From NCBI GenBank assembly GCA_027062325.1, contig JAMOTN010000035.1, positions 1 to 39,514 on the forward strand: DNA of 39,514 nt. Reading direction: 5' to 3'. Below the pieces are notes generated by a model. It did no database searches, was not told the origin of the DNA, and saw only the letters and a list, made by a program, of their open reading frames with translations. Shown here piece after piece: positions 37,601-39,514 of this stretch. Within the stretch, counting starts at the first letter, position 1. Every line of letters starts with the position of its first letter. A program made the translations under genes and the position numbers. The DNA comes from a bacterium (GTDB taxonomy: Bacteria; JAMOTN01).

Positions 37601-38439
37601 TGAAGTTTAATGCTGTGGATAGTAAGCTTTTGCCTACAAGAGTTGAGGTTTGTGAAGATAGACTAGGAGATAGCAGGATTACCGAATTTTGGCACGTGAG
37701 TGGAGAGGTGAACTTGGTAGCCGATCAGAAATTTGGATTATGTGTGGCTTCGGGTGAAAGTTTGTTTTGGATGGGAAAGCACGTTAGTGGTGAAGGGGAT
37801 GTGGCAGTTGCGCTGGATGAGAAGGCACCACATGTTGAAGTTGAGAATTTTGAGGATAAGTTGGTTGTTCGAGTAGGGGATGATGTATCCGGAGTTGATG
37901 TGGTGAGGCTTACGGTAGGTAATAGTGAGTTTAGTAAAGAATTGAATGATGTTGAGCGATGGAGAACTGTTTTTCATATGGATACTCGTTCAGAACGAAC
38001 GAATGATACTTTGTTGGTTTCAGATGTTGGGGAGTTTTCTTTTGATGGGATGCTTCCCGGTTACTATGATGTAAAGTGGCAGGTTTGTGATGCTGCCGGA
38101 AATTGTAGTGTTGGTGTAAAGAGTATTTTGTGGCGTGGAGTGGATGATGCGAAAGTAATTTGTTATCCCAATCCTGTGACCTCTGATTATTTAAAGATAA
38201 AGTTGACAAGGTATGGATTGGATATAGAAAAAGCGAAAGTTGTGATTTATGATGCAGCAGGTGAGAAGGTTTGGAGCACTGAGGTTCAGTTTTACAACAA
38301 TGAAGAGGTTGTTGAGTGGAGGTTAGAAAGTCTTTGGGGATCAAAGGTGAAAAGAGGGGTTTACGTAGTTAAGGCTAAATTTTATTCAAGTACTGGGAAA
38401 GTGTTGACGCGTTACTTTAAGGTGTTTGTAGCAAGATGA
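28621..38439 (+). CDS. Giant secreted/surface protein: signal peptide, FN3-like domain, ~18 tandem acidic Ig-like repeats, C-terminal T9SS-CTD/FlgD-Ig-like domain
   Basis: Uninterrupted 3272-aa ORF; the likely start is GTG 28642 after GAGGGAG. Signal peptide ending ...LGVYG/A. Repeated P-x-L-x-x-A-x-F-x-DxDxNG-x-D-x-GD...DxAGN units. C-terminal CYPNPV...IYDAAGEKV...W...GVYVV. Confidence 0.92.
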   Translation: MGRMRELVLKAGLLVRVGILFLLIFSLGVYGAVSPDATSFWITAQSLPGGQIKIQWMSLTTDSEPLGYRLFSGDGTTFHQIANITDGSTVYVDTPIVNNDGDVVYYYIVPYDAENTGGYAEYGYPYHYATAACELHGPRIVATVEIPMQAEHWRPIITTVEIEVVDDWNDTNYRYDDYPISLEYSFNGSFNTTFMVDTGNTGSAAGGKIVRAYLDMRTLGNGDSVAIWFNGVDYVGNEIESQLNPPPTYLVDDKCYFIIDTDFAAITSAKYYDENNNGMVDAGDRVVILMDEAVTPTIANPAPADCFELLPSGTATFGTGASMTITTGDSSTTFEITLGAGAVLNVSGVYVPGSTNGPTGINVRPGAPLQDSTKPDPNPAAPMATAKDISTDAEEGPYVTKAYFVDLDSNGVDAGDQLFVVFNQNIQVNGSLGPTAFDLPVYGDTFQIDSYYVNGQTLEITVAEPANLKVAGTYNIGMNIEGSPSGIRVSPSMPAGLITNLLGYDAQASNPVDIDSTDSVAAYPIFARFLDAAGDGPSKGDTVEIGFSEAVYPQAGANVGDFLLQGYGGYTFGAGAYVTQHQTQTLEIVLGDEPFLAFANLNVEDGGINAVNALAVNLTTTGGANYEDLAGNQSQPAAADVSVVSGDTTAPQLISAVFRDLDGNGPDAGDVVILTFSERIALTTTVTAPTAADFNVINGNLGANPTFALGQTTIEITLDAGTVINLFGANTTEIGLVTPNSIRDTSGNEAVGTVYIASDDFTGPILQSARFFDNVNTPGVGAGDTIELVFDEPVTFTDGIDPATVFYLTSGSSFGTGAQMHASTAVNVVEIVLGDGASIQVMGIAGTDPGASGINVLPSQTALTDVAGNRAQTLADWIDVTAGSPHGATLEAAYFEDLDGNGPDEGDKLYFVFSENVEAYTDLAQVDSADFLVHQGSLGTSPQFSLNGNTVEVTLGVGAYLNNILADGMINPTAASVEMANPNDIYNFLGEMAVGATDVVSIDDEGPYVIRVIYRDTHNPLGLSESDEVYIYFNEYVTYAVDTTTGRANLTEADFVIEPTGAPYTFGVGAQFWPEGDSAIKVVLGENPSLEVYGEYNSTCTAAGCPAGVRLNDAGLNITDLSGNPPAATGAVDVTVEDGVNPKLLHAIFYDENGNYAVDSGDKIKLVFDEAVKIINDSVVDSDFVIPVANDTIGSGAQFSADASSEEVVWLTLGAGCRFRIDGVFNPSSTAAGYPSGLDVSTDKIRDYAGNPAYGVGVVDIEPSDTTSPVLIGCRFIDTDMNGVDEGDQLVLIFDEPIEISGLVITDFELPVTGDSFGAGATAVAGATSREILITLGTGAHLNPEGYFDPTRIYEGAPSGIGVLTTDHIKDKWGNSVVFNGYVDVDSGQGPILLTATFEDRVSDGWVGTGDVIILTFNEPVKINGNFDFSGVQLPVSGDSLGLEPTIEVGPESNQITIVLGTNPVVTVMGSYEKALTNAGSPSGIKILPTSNVSDMVDQLSIGNIADIAGNDGTSPQLVTVEIEDLDGNGVDEGDKLYLMFNEPVIPTFIHSSYLVLPVSADTLGSGFTWMQDPTSYSVVIIRLGSLPRLNPDGVFDAANTTAGSPSGLGVVPNLPLFTINDIYGNPPEGGTVIDIAWYPSPEAELIGATYEDVDGNGLDSGDKLILTFTRAVTVDVAILPSDAVVLPVTDDTLGDGAAWESYLGYKATVAIILGDNPTLTVMGEFDPAVVTPGSPSGIGIALSNAFTAYNGAHATSPVYVDVTAPFEKGPRLMQALYYDLDLNGPSNGDLLVLKFDQDVQIPALPADPNQLATLPVAMDSFGTGAWATYGVNVDTGERITSEVAIVLGTGAKLNLEGTYNPANVTDPTAPSGAKVETVNSLLRNFYGKGVETSEVDIEDGLPTTLIRALWEDRGDVGVSSQDRLILRFNRPVNFVGNPDYPSLYLTYLNLNPGAGARLEPYDPANPSPATQFVLVFGDGASANIPPIYPSDPSASAIALREGQVGFVDAANGIYVETYATVDIVASDSVALILTFAGFVDRNGVAGAQEGDQVILTFNKAVYLNGAGINDFDIKQSSDSFGAATITGGPNANQLTITLGAGVSIEVGVTAVDVSSDVTTNGHIKDYAGNNAVPSGYKVITDAVGPYIVRAIYNDPDGNGVGAGDTLEIVFSEAITATGLSSSDFILPVAGDSLGSSPTFSQPAPDRLIITLGLGAHLTVKGVYSNLNLGRSNPSGIKLNPAGVIRDVAGNAPVATGAVDIEGAPPALLLQYVHFVDKFSNGVTPGDELILGFNKRVILDRENVSISDFVIGGGNFGTGARVLPGAESNEVIILLGENATIESIADPAGSWVGVATSVLTNYHLYDTNGNPAQPATRDIEVIGDAVSPQLIGATYYDTAVPYGSVNQGDTLILTFSEPVEIRAPVDTAQFFLAVTGDSLGGTGFSVSHATKANQIEVTLGSGCALTPAGTYDTTTPPPQPAGAPSGINLAMPLTSITDYAGNSAVPAVNPVDITMLDVTPPHILSMRVVNSDGKENVVKPNGDTISFTVQTDDTTLSTASFVADFSQIGGPAASHPDTCNAGTATWNNINTGALTTATAPIIVRVTDMAGNTATATFTVNVIKAAYYVKGEITPSYVPRNRNVTVELKLRPRFVDESYGIDLVNVQLPNGYSCSDVTKIRVTTYQGEWTVKTSMPLDSNQYEVLINTAGNMIQFVFSQALKWQNTDQYTINFEMPVHTKYNPDMPDGTPVVVSVDNTALNSALNVEEEFPGSLILHTEGLEVKKVLANSVIESTGWRIYFTILFNMIPNLSNLPTVRVKLQNGVEFKLRTIQFAEKTYSGSVFIPFSYAEGASTFELWIEGATEPDGYPMANYGREFKLPARVVSIIVPVYSAPKEYYLYLKSPDGVPQVTMRTPASTSVELNVKNVVSDVYRALFEVAETGLYRFKIVVGTQEIYANNYLVCTGAIRGGSSKYVPVSGLELNFNGVSYPITNLKFNAVDSKLLPTRVEVCEDRLGDSRITEFWHVSGEVNLVADQKFGLCVASGESLFWMGKHVSGEGDVAVALDEKAPHVEVENFEDKLVVRVGDDVSGVDVVRLTVGNSEFSKELNDVERWRTVFHMDTRSERTNDTLLVSDVGEFSFDGMLPGYYDVKWQVCDAAGNCSVGVKSILWRGVDDAKVICYPNPVTSDYLKIKLTRYGLDIEKAKVVIYDAAGEKVWSTEVQFYNNEEVVEWRLESLWGSKVKRGVYVVKAKFYSSTGKVLTRYFKVFVAR
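29404..36170 (+). repeat. Array of 18 degenerate ~125-aa protein repeats inside the giant gene
   Basis: Counted by eye from the recurring [AV]x[FY]xD...GDx(5)F motif, running from AKYYDENNNGMVDAGD to ATYYDTAVPYGSVNQGD. The repeats are diverged at the DNA level. Confidence 0.85.
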
Positions 38440-38485
38440 CAAGTATATTAATGTTTGAAACTTAGTGCCTCTATCATAATGGTGT

Positions 38486-39307
38486 TTGGTGATAAGTATG
38501 GAATTTTGGAGTACGCGCGTTGTAGTTTACGCTTCCTTACTAGCTTTCTTTGTTGGATTGGTTGGAACACGCATAGGGGATATTCAAATTCCCTACAACT
38601 ACTACTTTGCCTCTTTTTTGCTTCTTGTATGCTGGTCAGCGGCAGAAGGTGGAGTGTTGGCGGGTTTATTAAGTGCCATTTTCGTTGGCTTTGTTCATGC
38701 TATTGCCAGTACAGTTATACCTCATTTTCAAGTTCAGCAATCTGTGCCGGTTAGTGCGAATGTTCAGATAATAATTTATGCAGTTGCAGCTTACTTAATA
38801 GGAAACGTTGCTGAAAAGATGGCGGATGAGTATTCTCGTGAAAAGGAAGTTTTGGAGAGGATTCGCAGAAATTTGACTGAACAAGAAAAGAGTCTTGAAG
38901 AGAAGTTAAATGAGGTGGCAAGGAAGGTTTATAAATTCACGTTAAGTTTGGATGAATTGAGAGAAAAAATCATGTTAATGCGTGAGTTGAAGGGAAAAGT
39001 TGAAATAGTAAGGGAGCATATAGGAAAAGTGTTAGATATTATTGGAATTTCTTACTACAGAATTTTAATTCGTGAAGGAGAGTTTTGGAAAGATGGTAGC
39101 AGTATGGTTGAGGTTATAAGCAATGTTGAACTGAGCGGAAAATTGAAGAGTCAGCGATTAGGATTTAAATTCAGATCTACTTACTTTTCATCTACAGCTG
39201 TTTTTTTACTGACAAATGATACAGCTCTTCTCTTTGATGCTTCTGATATTGATAGATTTTGGATAAGATTTTTAGCTGTAATATCTACAGAGACTTTAAG
39301 AACCTAG
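38486..39307 (+). CDS. Hypothetical membrane protein (about 4 TM helices followed by a coiled coil; sensor-like)
   Basis: Hydrophobic N-terminal half, then an E/K/R-rich heptad region. The start may be ATG 38498. Confidence 0.7.
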   Translation: MVISMEFWSTRVVVYASLLAFFVGLVGTRIGDIQIPYNYYFASFLLLVCWSAAEGGVLAGLLSAIFVGFVHAIASTVIPHFQVQQSVPVSANVQIIIYAVAAYLIGNVAEKMADEYSREKEVLERIRRNLTEQEKSLEEKLNEVARKVYKFTLSLDELREKIMLMRELKGKVEIVREHIGKVLDIIGISYYRILIREGEFWKDGSSMVEVISNVELSGKLKSQRLGFKFRSTYFSSTAVFLLTNDTALLFDASDIDRFWIRFLAVISTETLRT

Positions 39308-39319
39308 GGAGGAGTTACT

Positions 39320-39514
39320 ATGAGACTTCTCATGGAGAAAATTGTGGAAAAGGCATTACTTGAAGATATGCCTTTTGGAGATTTGACAAGTGAAAGTGTA
39401 TGGGACGGAGAGGTTGTTTTAGCACGTTGCTTTGCAAAAGAAGAATTTGTTGTTGCGGGGATTGAATTTTTTCAACTAAGTTTTTTAAAAATGGGGGCTG
39501 AATGTACACCTGTT
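39320..39514 (+). CDS. nadC: Nicotinate-nucleotide diphosphorylase (quinolinate phosphoribosyltransferase), 5' part, truncated by the window end
   Basis: Translated by hand: MRLLMEKIVEKALLEDMPFGDLTSES...AKEEFVVAG, the ALxED..GDxT N-terminus. GGAGGAG RBS. The ModD paralogue is not excluded. Confidence 0.8.
   Translation, partial: MRLLMEKIVEKALLEDMPFGDLTSESVWDGEVVLARCFAKEEFVVAGIEFFQLSFLKMGAECTPV

Noticed and set aside
38455-38754. 99-aa Cys-rich alternative + frame ORF
   Set aside because: It overlaps the longer 273-aa membrane protein ORF in another frame and has no RBS or motif.

Overview
AT-rich bacterial chromosomal window with a marked G>C and T>A skew on the + strand. It is mostly housekeeping and accessory genes. 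The + block holds mazG, efp, xseA, ACT/DUF711 and a methyltransferase. A long minus-strand run holds HD protein, proS, an RqcH/NFACT-like gene, an MFS transporter, rpiB, upp, a Ski2/HelY helicase, a class III cyclase and DUF2232. Further on are cdd, an RsbU-like phosphatase, cstA and the 5' part of nadC. Two loci stand out. (1) A tightly coupled minus-strand operon: cutA, a LipS1-like radical SAM gene, a PduT-like BMC-T shell protein and a PduS-like flavin/Fe-S reductase, with no other microcompartment genes in the window. The radical SAM CxxxCxxC motif lies upstream of the ORF-track start and would need a non-canonical ATC start. (2) A divergently transcribed 3272-aa secreted protein with about 18 tandem ~125-aa DxDxNG-containing beta-rich repeats and a T9SS-CTD/FlgD-Ig-like C-terminus. 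Two short elements missed by the ORF track were also found: a 45-aa Flp/class III pilin-like ORF after xseA and a 40-codon remnant of a flavodiiron (FprA) gene. No rRNA, tRNA, CRISPR array or mobile element was seen. All family calls come from motif recognition by eye, not database searches.
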